Assembly: GCA_043739185.1 (NCBI GenBank)
Contig: JAYUEN010000221.1
Span: 1 to 43,761, forward strand
DNA from: Bdellovibrionales bacterium
GTDB lineage: Bacteria; Bdellovibrionota; Bdellovibrionia; Bdellovibrionales; JAMPXM01
Length of the DNA: 43,761 nucleotides
Direction: 5' to 3'
Each line of letters opens with the position of its first letter. The stretch's first letter is position 1. Positions 36,090 through 43,761 of the stretch are shown here, piece after piece. Made by a program: the position numbers and the translations under genes. Under the pieces are notes generated by a model, which worked only from the letters and a program-made list of their open reading frames with translations, made no database searches and was not told the DNA's origin.

Positions 36090-38765
36090 TCAGAGTTGCT
36101 TGAGTGCATTTAACCAGGGCTGAGAAATCTTTTTCCATTGTAGGATCGAATCATTCGGCATCAAACTTGTTATACTTTCGACCAAATTTAGAGTTTCGAC
36201 AATTTCAGGCAGTTGTCCAATCGAAGTGCCGCCTTCTGTTGTTAAATAAAAGCCCTTTTCAGCATTCCATAATTTGCGATTGATAAAGTAATAGACATCC
36301 AAAGCAGCATTTTTGTAAATGAGGGCAGAATTCATACTTCCCGCTTTTTCTAAAGCCGCCATGACATTGACTTGATCTCGTAAATTTCTTGGGCCTTTCA
36401 CCGGCATCTTTTTAATCATATCGTAATTGTGATAAACGCCCCCATCAGGATCTTGCATTTCATGCGTTAAAAAATTGGCTATTGCAGAAGTTAAGAGAAA
36501 AACTTTTTTACGGCCGTCTCGCAAGGCATCTAGAGTATTTGAGCCATCTTTCATTTTTTGCGTTAAAAAAACTGAATTTGTTTTTTCAATCCCTTCGGTT
36601 GCATTGTAAAACTCAACCAGAGCCAAGAGCTCATGAGACAGAGCCGTTGAATCGGCTATTTCACTTCGTTTTCCATTAACAATATTGGCAAAAGCGGCCA
36701 TTGCAGAAATCGGAGCCGATGGATCGCCATTGTCAGCTTCGTTCTCCCATTTCATATTGCGATTTTCGTCAAGCAGCAGAATCGTTGACATACTCTTTGC
36801 AAAATTACTCAGTATCACCGCCGCATCACCTATGAAAAGTGTAAATAAAATATCTTTCGGAAAAAACTTCTGATCAATACTTTTCATCCGCGGATCTAAG
36901 ACAAAATCATTGACCTTGATATTGCCTAAAAGGCGGTCGAAGGAATTGGACTCCCAATCTCGAAAGAAATAGACCATTCGACTGAGGCCTTTTAAAAGTT
37001 GCGCCTGGCTTTCAATATCGACATTGAGGCGATCTTTATCAGCGGGCACGGCATGAAAGGCATCGGTAGCAATCAAAGCATCGGGAACTACGAATGAAAT
37101 TGGATTCTCAAAAACACTCTTAAGATCAAGATTGGGATCAGATTTACCATCCGGATTCAATGCAAATGAAAGTGATTTGAATCTTTCATTTACATTCACG
37201 CGAAATCCGCCAATTGAAAGTGCTTTGTTAATTTGTGACAGAATCTCTTGCACATGAAGTTGTTCGGGCCCCAACTTACTCGGCATCATTTTTATTATTT
37301 TATTTGTCGAAGTCTCAAGAGGAATGTGTGAAAAGCGCTCTTGTTGCAGTTCCCATCTCGTCTCGAGTGCGGTCATTGAGGCACCTAGAGTTGCTGCACC
37401 TACAGTTTGGGATTTGAGTTTGCCAAAGCTTAAGTTTTTAGAACTGGTAAATTTGACGTGTACGTCGGTTAATTCGAGCGCCGATATTCCGATTGGCTTT
37501 TCTTGATAATAAGTTTTTGCCCATTTGTCGACGCCCGGACTTAAAAAAGCTTTAAAATCTTTAGAAATACCAGCCAGTACTTGAGCCTCATCTTTAAATG
37601 ATTTTGCAATTCGCTCTTCAAAAATATCTGGTAGCTTAGCTTTGAGAAGGGGTGCAACCTGCTGGATCAAAGATGCCGAAGCATATTGTACCGCTCCCTG
37701 ATTCACTTGGTCTTTTAACTTATCGACACCATAGGTTTTAATTTGCGGCAAGATTTGAGAGTTGCGGGCAAGAATTGTATAGATATCAAGTCCGCAACGT
37801 TTGCCTTCAAGGCAATCCAATTGACCATCGCTTGCACCATTCAAAAACTTATAAAGCGCTGGTGACATGGCTTCAAATTGCTTTTTTCGTTCTGCTGGCT
37901 CCAAGAGTCGCCAAACCGCGACAATCACTCTGAGTCCGTCATTTTCACTAACTGCGCTATCGACTAAACTTCCCAGCGTGAGACCCTTTTGCAAAAGCTC
38001 TTTGGTATCCTTATCTAATTCGACATCTAAATAGCCCGCTACTTGATTCAATTCTGCAATGAATCTAGCTAAATTAGTTTCAAGGCTCATGGCGGTTAGT
38101 GCGATTCGGATTTTTGCGGCTAAGGGATCGAATTGCTCTTTGATTCCATCGAGTAGGCCCTTATAAACCCGCGGATCGAGTTTGGCGCGCTTCCATTGCT
38201 GCTCGAGAGATGAAATATAGGTTTCGACAAAGTCGACCAATTGGTCGACTTTAATTTCATTTCCTGGCCAATTGTACTCGGTTTTACTTTTTTCAACGAC
38301 ACTCTGAACCAGTGCCGCTTGATCATCTAACATTTTGACGACATTAAAAATCGCATCTTTGGCATCGGCTTGGGTTTCGCCGATTGCAGCCAAGAGAAAA
38401 GGGCTCTTTGAAAATGGTGACCTGGTCGTAGTCACATTAGATTTGTAAAAGCCTTCAATCAAATTGTGCCCTAAATTTTCAAGCTCAGGATGTGACCTCT
38501 TTGATAAACGTAAAATATGTTCAGCTGCAATGAAATATTCAGACGAGGTCATATCTCGCTCGAAACTTAAACTGCTTGCAGCTGAATTTTCGATTTTAAT
38601 ATGATCTATTTTTATTTCAGCATCACGATTGCGAGGGCCAAATTCAGAAACTGGCTCCGGAAATGATTTTGATTTTAAAGCTGGAGCACAAGCCGAAAGG
38701 ACCATAAACGCGAGCAAGCTCACGAGTCCGATCCTTTTGAATTGAGTTGTGCTCAATTTGAACAT
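36090..38765 (-). CDS. Large hypothetical lipoprotein with possible C-terminal (alpha/alpha) toroid
   Basis: Lipobox LSAC; 891 aa, mostly helical; THEMQDPDGGVY and LWNAEKGFY resemble six-hairpin glycosidase-like repeats. Confidence 0.75.
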   Translation of the reverse strand: MFKLSTTQFKRIGLVSLLAFMVLSACAPALKSKSFPEPVSEFGPRNRDAEIKIDHIKIENSAASSLSFERDMTSSEYFIAAEHILRLSKRSHPELENLGHNLIEGFYKSNVTTTRSPFSKSPFLLAAIGETQADAKDAIFNVVKMLDDQAALVQSVVEKSKTEYNWPGNEIKVDQLVDFVETYISSLEQQWKRAKLDPRVYKGLLDGIKEQFDPLAAKIRIALTAMSLETNLARFIAELNQVAGYLDVELDKDTKELLQKGLTLGSLVDSAVSENDGLRVIVAVWRLLEPAERKKQFEAMSPALYKFLNGASDGQLDCLEGKRCGLDIYTILARNSQILPQIKTYGVDKLKDQVNQGAVQYASASLIQQVAPLLKAKLPDIFEERIAKSFKDEAQVLAGISKDFKAFLSPGVDKWAKTYYQEKPIGISALELTDVHVKFTSSKNLSFGKLKSQTVGAATLGASMTALETRWELQQERFSHIPLETSTNKIIKMMPSKLGPEQLHVQEILSQINKALSIGGFRVNVNERFKSLSFALNPDGKSDPNLDLKSVFENPISFVVPDALIATDAFHAVPADKDRLNVDIESQAQLLKGLSRMVYFFRDWESNSFDRLLGNIKVNDFVLDPRMKSIDQKFFPKDILFTLFIGDAAVILSNFAKSMSTILLLDENRNMKWENEADNGDPSAPISAMAAFANIVNGKRSEIADSTALSHELLALVEFYNATEGIEKTNSVFLTQKMKDGSNTLDALRDGRKKVFLLTSAIANFLTHEMQDPDGGVYHNYDMIKKMPVKGPRNLRDQVNVMAALEKAGSMNSALIYKNAALDVYYFINRKLWNAEKGFYLTTEGGTSIGQLPEIVETLNLVESITSLMPNDSILQWKKISQPWLNALKQL

Positions 38766-38780
38766 CTTGCTCTTACCCTC

Positions 38781-40025
38781 TTAAAAAAACATCGTTAACC
38801 ACAACTCATTGGTGGTTATATGTGGCATATTTGTTCCTGCAATCGTATCTGAAAATTCAAAACTCGCGATGAATGGCATAAAGCTTTCTTGCTTAAAGTA
38901 AGACTGAACCGTGCTATATGCTAAGCCAAACTTTACGAGCTGATAAGTCGAATTTGTTCCCGCATCTAACATCGCATAGTCATAAGGCATCGACCCACTG
39001 AAGCGATCAGCAGCTTTACTTTGAAATTCTAAGCCCCCGGACAATGCAAGCCTTGAAAAAATCTCGTAGGTCGCAGAAACTCCTGCGCCTCCGGCATCAC
39101 CAATTTTGCGATCGAGCTTTTCGGTTTGATCTTGCGCAGGTAAACTATCATTTGCATCTAGAGGCACTCGCTTTTCAACTTTATCGGCCAAATTGTAGTG
39201 GTAAAAAACCTTTGCAGCCAGAGTGAGTGGACCAAAAACGCGATAATTAAAAATGATTTGTTGCTCAATAGAACTTTGCCCTGAGTTATCCAATGCCGCC
39301 AAATCATTTGGATCTGCCTGGGGACCTGTGGGTAATCCTATCATAGTCTTTGAAAGTAATTTGAATCGATCGCTTTTATAAAATTGATAAAGACTGGCGA
39401 TCTGAACATCTCCAACAAATTCGCGATCGCTTTGTCCTATTGGCTGATAACCCAGGCTACTCAAAGTTTGTTGAGCTTGGCTCACCAAATTTACTTTGAG
39501 AGAACCAAAGGCACCATTGAGTTGCGGTGAGGAGTAACCGACTTGTGCATGTATGGCGTCGATATTCGAACCAGTAGATTCAAGTCCGACACTGTTTTGA
39601 TAATGAATGACGGGTGCTCCAATAGCTAGAGTCCAACGATCTGTCATTCCTCTGGCAAATACCGGCGCATAGTAATTTACTTGCGGCTGAATATCGAACT
39701 TGAGATATCCTAGGTTGATTTTGTCCCCAAGCTTTTGTGATCCAAACTGATTGAGCGCAGAAACAAGCTGCGCAACCTGGGGTTGGAGCGCGATCAATTT
39801 CTGGGCGTCAAAACCCATGGTATGAACATCACCCAAGGACTGAAGAGCTCCATCGGATCCGTACTCCTGACCAATCCCGCTCACTATTCCGATGCGAATC
39901 GAAGGGCTATATATACCTTTCGGCAAAACATCGGCCGAATCCATCGCGAAACTCGATTTGGGAGCCAAAATTTGAAACCCAAAAGTCGCGACGAGAATCA
40001 ATTTTCGGATCTTAAAAGCCTTCAA
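38781..40025 (-). CDS. Probable outer-membrane beta-barrel protein
   Basis: Signal peptide from TTG 40025 (MKAFKIRKLILVATFGFQILAPKSSFA); VGDVQIASLYQF and IGLPTG resemble MetA-pathway/SphA-type channels; terminal LWLTMFF. Confidence 0.65.
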   Translation of the reverse strand: MKAFKIRKLILVATFGFQILAPKSSFAMDSADVLPKGIYSPSIRIGIVSGIGQEYGSDGALQSLGDVHTMGFDAQKLIALQPQVAQLVSALNQFGSQKLGDKINLGYLKFDIQPQVNYYAPVFARGMTDRWTLAIGAPVIHYQNSVGLESTGSNIDAIHAQVGYSSPQLNGAFGSLKVNLVSQAQQTLSSLGYQPIGQSDREFVGDVQIASLYQFYKSDRFKLLSKTMIGLPTGPQADPNDLAALDNSGQSSIEQQIIFNYRVFGPLTLAAKVFYHYNLADKVEKRVPLDANDSLPAQDQTEKLDRKIGDAGGAGVSATYEIFSRLALSGGLEFQSKAADRFSGSMPYDYAMLDAGTNSTYQLVKFGLAYSTVQSYFKQESFMPFIASFEFSDTIAGTNMPHITTNELWLTMFF

Positions 40026-40102
40026 AAATGATATGTCTTGAAATGAATAGGCTCTCAATTTGGCTCTCTTTGAATTGGTTTTTCTGGGACGCGAAAGATC
40101 AC

Positions 40103-40119
40103 TGCGATTTCGAGGCCAA
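40103..40119 (-). promoter_or_regulatory. Sigma54-like promoter
   Basis: Minus strand TTGGCCTCGAAATCGCA = GG-N10-GC. Confidence 0.45.
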
Positions 40120-40274
40120 TTTTTTGGCCATGAATGTCTTTGTTCCGGTATTAGCAAAACTCATTTTTAGGACCCTATATTATTAATAATTGTGCTAAAT
40201 TCGTTTTCAATTTAGAGTAATTAAGTCATTTCTCTCTTAGCCTTTGAAATATTTTTAATCCTGGGTGACCAAAA

Positions 40275-41255
40275 GTGTTTAAGCCGCAAAGTAATATAAT
40301 TTCATGCCAACCCCCGCTTTGGGCAAAAGCAAGTCACTTACATACCATTGCCGCCTATCTTTTGGCTTCGCCATTGGCTCGCGCCTTTGACGAGAAAATT
40401 TTAGTACCCGTTTCTGGCGGAGATCATTTAGTTAGTTTGTATTTCAAAGGAAAAAAGAATATTTCGATCTATCTCTTTCACGGTTTGAGCGGCGACAGTC
40501 AGTCGAATTATATGCAGAGAACTTGCGTGATTGCCGAAGCACTCGGCGCCCATGTTTATATAACCAATCATCGCGGTTGTGGTGAAGGCGAAGGCTTAGC
40601 AGGAGAGCCTTACCACTCAGGTCGCAGTGATGATATGAGCCATATTATTTCAATGGGAAGAGAGCGCAATCCGAGTCACTTGCATATCGCAATTGGATTT
40701 TCACTTAGCGGCAATGCGGTTTTACTATTGGCGGCTAAAATTCGGGCGAGCGCAATGCCAGACGCCGTGATCTCAGTTAATGCGCCTATCCAATTAGAAA
40801 AGGCAGCCAAACGTTTGGGAAAAGGACTCAATCTTGTTTACGACCAAAAATTCGTAGTTGAACTCAAACGTGCAGTTCAAATTCGCGAAAAAAATGGACC
40901 AAGTCGAAAGACATATAAATTCCCGTCCCTGCTTTCAACCTATCAATTTGATGCCATCTATACGGGGCCGGCCTCTGGTTTCGGAACCCGCGAAAATTAC
41001 TATCAAACGTGCTCAGCCGCGCAGTATTTAGCAGATATTCAAATACCCACTTTAATTTTAACGAGTGAGGATGATCCTTTTGTTGATGCCGAAGATTTTA
41101 AAAGTGCGCGCATTTCAAAATCGGTTCAGATTCAAATTCAAAAATTTGGCGGTCACTTAGGCTATCTCAATCAAAAAAAATTGCCGGTTGGAGAAAAGCG
41201 TTGGCTTGATTATTTTTTACATGAGCAGATATCGCATCTCATGCGATCGCTTTAA
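40275..41255 (+). CDS. YheT-family alpha/beta hydrolase
   Basis: HLHTI, FHGLSG, NHRGCG, YHSG, GFSLSG, DDPFV, GGHLG. Confidence 0.9.
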   Translation: MFKPQSNIISCQPPLWAKASHLHTIAAYLLASPLARAFDEKILVPVSGGDHLVSLYFKGKKNISIYLFHGLSGDSQSNYMQRTCVIAEALGAHVYITNHRGCGEGEGLAGEPYHSGRSDDMSHIISMGRERNPSHLHIAIGFSLSGNAVLLLAAKIRASAMPDAVISVNAPIQLEKAAKRLGKGLNLVYDQKFVVELKRAVQIREKNGPSRKTYKFPSLLSTYQFDAIYTGPASGFGTRENYYQTCSAAQYLADIQIPTLILTSEDDPFVDAEDFKSARISKSVQIQIQKFGGHLGYLNQKKLPVGEKRWLDYFLHEQISHLMRSL

Positions 41256-41258
41256 AAA

Positions 41259-42416
41259 CTAAGCTACTTTTTCACCGAATTTACAGCCACAATTTGAGCA
41301 AAACTTGGCCCCTTCAATATAGCCAGTTTGACAGTCAGGGCAGCTTGGCCCACTCGTCGCGAGCGCCGTCTTTTTAACAAATGACTCTTCTGGCTCTTGA
41401 GCATCCACGACTGACTTTTCATTCCACTTGTCGATTTCTTTTAGAATTCTCCAGTTCATTAACATCACTTGCCATTCGCGCAAATCAAAAGAAAGTATCA
41501 CACCAGCATCGCGTGATTGGCGTTTTGCGTAGAGACCCTTTTGCTCAATTACTGCAAAGTGATCGGTATTCAAATTGATTCCAAACTGAGTCTTAAATTT
41601 TTCAACAATACCTTCAAAGGGAATACTCACGATCCCGTTGCGATCAGGCGCTATATCTTTTACACAATCGAGCAGGTGACTTACGATTCGCCCAGCAGTT
41701 TCATCAACTTTTAAGAGCTCAAGTTTACCGCTCTTAAAGTAATAATATTGATAAAATTCAAAAAAGTTTTCAATAATGCTGGGGTTAAAGAATTTAACCG
41801 AAGCTATATCTTCTTTACTTTCAGTCTGCTCATTGCTGTCGTTCATTTCATATTTTGCAAGTTTCATCTTGACGAAAATATTTGTGGCAAACTCCATTCG
41901 CTTTGGGCTCTCTCCGAAAATTCTTTGAGCATATTGCTTAAGTGCTGGCCAAGCGATCTCAGTACAATCTGATTTTTTCTCGCCCTTGTAATGAACAGTA
42001 TGAAAAAGTGCGCCAAAAACTTTTGCGGTTTGATCTTGGGGGCAAGGCGTATTGTCTCTTTCGAGTTTCACAGAGCGAAGTTCTGTACTCAGAACCTTCA
42101 ACTTATCCATAGTACTTTTTACTATGAGTTTCATTATTTGATTGAGCGCCAATATTTGAGGCTTTACGGCTTCAGAGGAAAGTTCCATTGCCGTTGTTTC
42201 AACTAATGCAACTGCAGATGCGGCGTGAGTTTGACTACCCGCCAAAGTCTGCTCAGCGAGAATTTGCATTGGACCCAGCTTATACAGATCAATTTTTTGT
42301 TTATTTCTTTGTAAATAAACTTGAATGCTTCCGGTTTGAATGAGAAAAAGCGCGCCAGATTTATCACCCTCTTTAAAGATAACTTCGCCCTTTTTAAAGA
42401 CCCGACTGATGCTCAT
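41259..42416 (-). CDS. cNMP-binding (Crp-like) protein with C-terminal zinc ribbon
   Basis: FKKGEVIFKEGD...LFLIQTGSIQV; CPDC...CSNC at the C-terminus; GAGGT RBS before ATG 42416. Confidence 0.85.
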   Translation of the reverse strand: MSISRVFKKGEVIFKEGDKSGALFLIQTGSIQVYLQRNKQKIDLYKLGPMQILAEQTLAGSQTHAASAVALVETTAMELSSEAVKPQILALNQIMKLIVKSTMDKLKVLSTELRSVKLERDNTPCPQDQTAKVFGALFHTVHYKGEKKSDCTEIAWPALKQYAQRIFGESPKRMEFATNIFVKMKLAKYEMNDSNEQTESKEDIASVKFFNPSIIENFFEFYQYYYFKSGKLELLKVDETAGRIVSHLLDCVKDIAPDRNGIVSIPFEGIVEKFKTQFGINLNTDHFAVIEQKGLYAKRQSRDAGVILSFDLREWQVMLMNWRILKEIDKWNEKSVVDAQEPEESFVKKTALATSGPSCPDCQTGYIEGAKFCSNCGCKFGEKVA

Positions 42417-42431
42417 TTTAACCTCTATGAA

Positions 42432-42458
42432 ACATCGACATTTTCTGGTCTGAACTTG
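42432..42458 (-). promoter_or_regulatory. Sigma28-like promoter
   Basis: Minus strand CAAG-N15-GTCGATGT. Confidence 0.5.
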
Positions 42459-42495
42459 ATATGAAAAAAGACGAGACCAGAACTCGGACGAGCCC

Positions 42496-43368
42496 TTAGT
42501 CCTTAGACCTTTGAAATAGGACATAGCCGTTGTCCCGGCGAAATTCTTCCATCGCTTTTTTTCTGAAAACTTTCGGAGCTATTTTTGAAATTATATTCCA
42601 AGGAAAGGGCATCGGAAATGGTCTGCCGATTTGAATAGCCACATCAAGAGCCGAAATAGTTTCATTGATTTTAAAGCCAAGTTCCTCAAAAAAGCCCAAC
42701 CAGTTTTTTACTTCGAATAAAAAGGGCGCATCTTTGAGATGCTTTTTGAAACTTCGTGGAGCATGACGTCTCAATCCACCATTACGAAAGTCCTGAATCC
42801 AATACTCAAAGCTAGGAATAGCCAAAACATCTTTGGCTAGATTGGCGGCAGATTCATTGCTCAAATAGGGAATGACCCCTTCAGTAATAATTAAGGCTCT
42901 TTTTGCTTCGTGGCCAATTTTACTAAATACCTCATGTCGCATTTCGTTTTGGGAAAGATCAACCGCGATACGTTCTAATTTGCAAACTGGGGTCTCGGCC
43001 TGCAATTTTTCATTTTTAAATTTTATCATATTTTCAAAATCAATTTCAATCCAACGAAGATTTTTTGGCAAATTCATTCGATACGGCCGAGTATCAAGAC
43101 CCGCTCCTAGATTGATAATGGTGTCGACACCAAGATCTATTGATTTTAAAATAAGCCGGTCAATCGCGATTGTTCTGGTCACCAAAACCCAATAAATAAT
43201 TTCTGAAAAACCCAAGAGCTTGGCTATTTTCTCGGCACGCTCGCCAAGAAGCTTCTCTGCCAAAGGATCTTTAAAGAGCGCGTCCGCACGCTTGGTTTCG
43301 CGAGCGCGAAAGGTGGCCACCCAAAGTGCGGTATCCGAAACGTTCTCAACTTTTACGTTTTCAACCAT
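42496..43368 (-). CDS. SAM-dependent methyltransferase (leucine carboxyl methyltransferase-like family)
   Basis: VSDTALWVATFRA, DPLA, INLGAGLDTRPYR, IEID, ITEGVIPYL. Confidence 0.92.
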   Translation of the reverse strand: MVENVKVENVSDTALWVATFRARETKRADALFKDPLAEKLLGERAEKIAKLLGFSEIIYWVLVTRTIAIDRLILKSIDLGVDTIINLGAGLDTRPYRMNLPKNLRWIEIDFENMIKFKNEKLQAETPVCKLERIAVDLSQNEMRHEVFSKIGHEAKRALIITEGVIPYLSNESAANLAKDVLAIPSFEYWIQDFRNGGLRRHAPRSFKKHLKDAPFLFEVKNWLGFFEELGFKINETISALDVAIQIGRPFPMPFPWNIISKIAPKVFRKKAMEEFRRDNGYVLFQRSKD

Positions 43369-43488
43369 ATATCTCTAATTTATGCGAAGCTCTTCGCGGA
43401 CGCACCAAATTTTATAGTAAATTTTTAGTATTCGAGCTATAATCCCCAACTGGCTTAACTGAGTCGTTCTTTTAAATTTATTCTCTAT

Positions 43489-43761
43489 GGGGGCGTAATG
43501 GCTTCGACGGGGATGTTGAAGTTTTGGGAGCATGTCGGGGCGCTCGAGGACCTCGTAAAAACGAGCAACCAATTAGTTGATAACTCTTATCAATTGGCAG
43601 CTTAATTGATGCCCATCGGCCAGTTTGGTGATTGCGCAATCTGAACCGGTGTAACTTAGCGATCTCGATTCTCGGGTGTTTTCGCCAGGCCCGAGAGTTT
43701 AAAAAATCTGGTGGAGGAGTGCGTGGAATTTTGTCTTTAGAAGTCCGTGCACTGCCCTAAA
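43489..43761 (+). ncRNA. ssrA: tmRNA (3' end beyond the window)
   Basis: 5' GGGGGCGTAATGGCTTCGAC; GAGCATGTCG; pk1-like pairings CGGGG/CCTCG and GCTCG/CGAGC; TAGTT before the resume codon; tag ending LAA-stop. Confidence 0.95.
43579..43605 (+). other. tmRNA tag reading frame (A)DNSYQLAA*
   Basis: GAT AAC TCT TAT CAA TTG GCA GCT TAA, preceded by ATTAGTT (compare E. coli ATAGTC). Confidence 0.85.

Noticed and set aside
40026..42524. Long N-terminal extensions in the ORF track (starts at 40157 and 42524; also 13544, 17041, 23981, 34489)
   Set aside because: They overlap promoters or neighbouring genes. Downstream starts fit better, with an RBS and/or a signal peptide or TM anchor.
790..43195. 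Many short ORFs (60-165 aa) antisense to or overlapping long genes, e.g. 3569-4063, 5434-5859, 18943-19434, 29871-30347
   Set aside because: Shadow frames of well-supported CDS, with no recognisable motifs.
43384..43397. Palindrome GCGAAG-CT-CTTCGC upstream of the methyltransferase
   Set aside because: Single short copy with no adjacent regulator; could be chance.
43375..43572. 65-aa minus-strand ORF
   Set aside because: Antisense to the tmRNA and its promoter region.

Overview
This window looks like ordinary, gene-dense, AT-rich chromosome from a predatory Bdellovibrionota-like bacterium. That assignment is inferred from an AglR/Q/S-GltG-type gliding-motor operon, a GYF_2-PilZ protein, FHA/coiled-coil proteins and many secreted hydrolases. 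It holds about 34 CDS and the 5' part of a tmRNA (tag DNSYQLAA). I see no transposase, integrase, phage genes, CRISPR array, rRNA or tRNA. The most unusual element is the operon at 1505-6841: a ZorB/MotB-like protein with a ~330-aa coiled-coil stalk, then a tail-less ZorA/MotA-like channel, then an FHA protein with 23 hendecad repeats and a TM anchor. The order is reversed relative to Zorya and no Zorya effectors are present. It sits divergent to a LysM/His-rich/beta-barrel gene that probably starts at ATA. Other leads are a structured ~160-nt ncRNA candidate (32463-32623), an 18-bp palindromic operator found 2-3 times (one copy before an orphan mobile-mystery-protein-A-like HTH gene), and sets of sigma28-like and sigma54-like promoters. 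All family calls come from motif recognition by eye; no database search was run.
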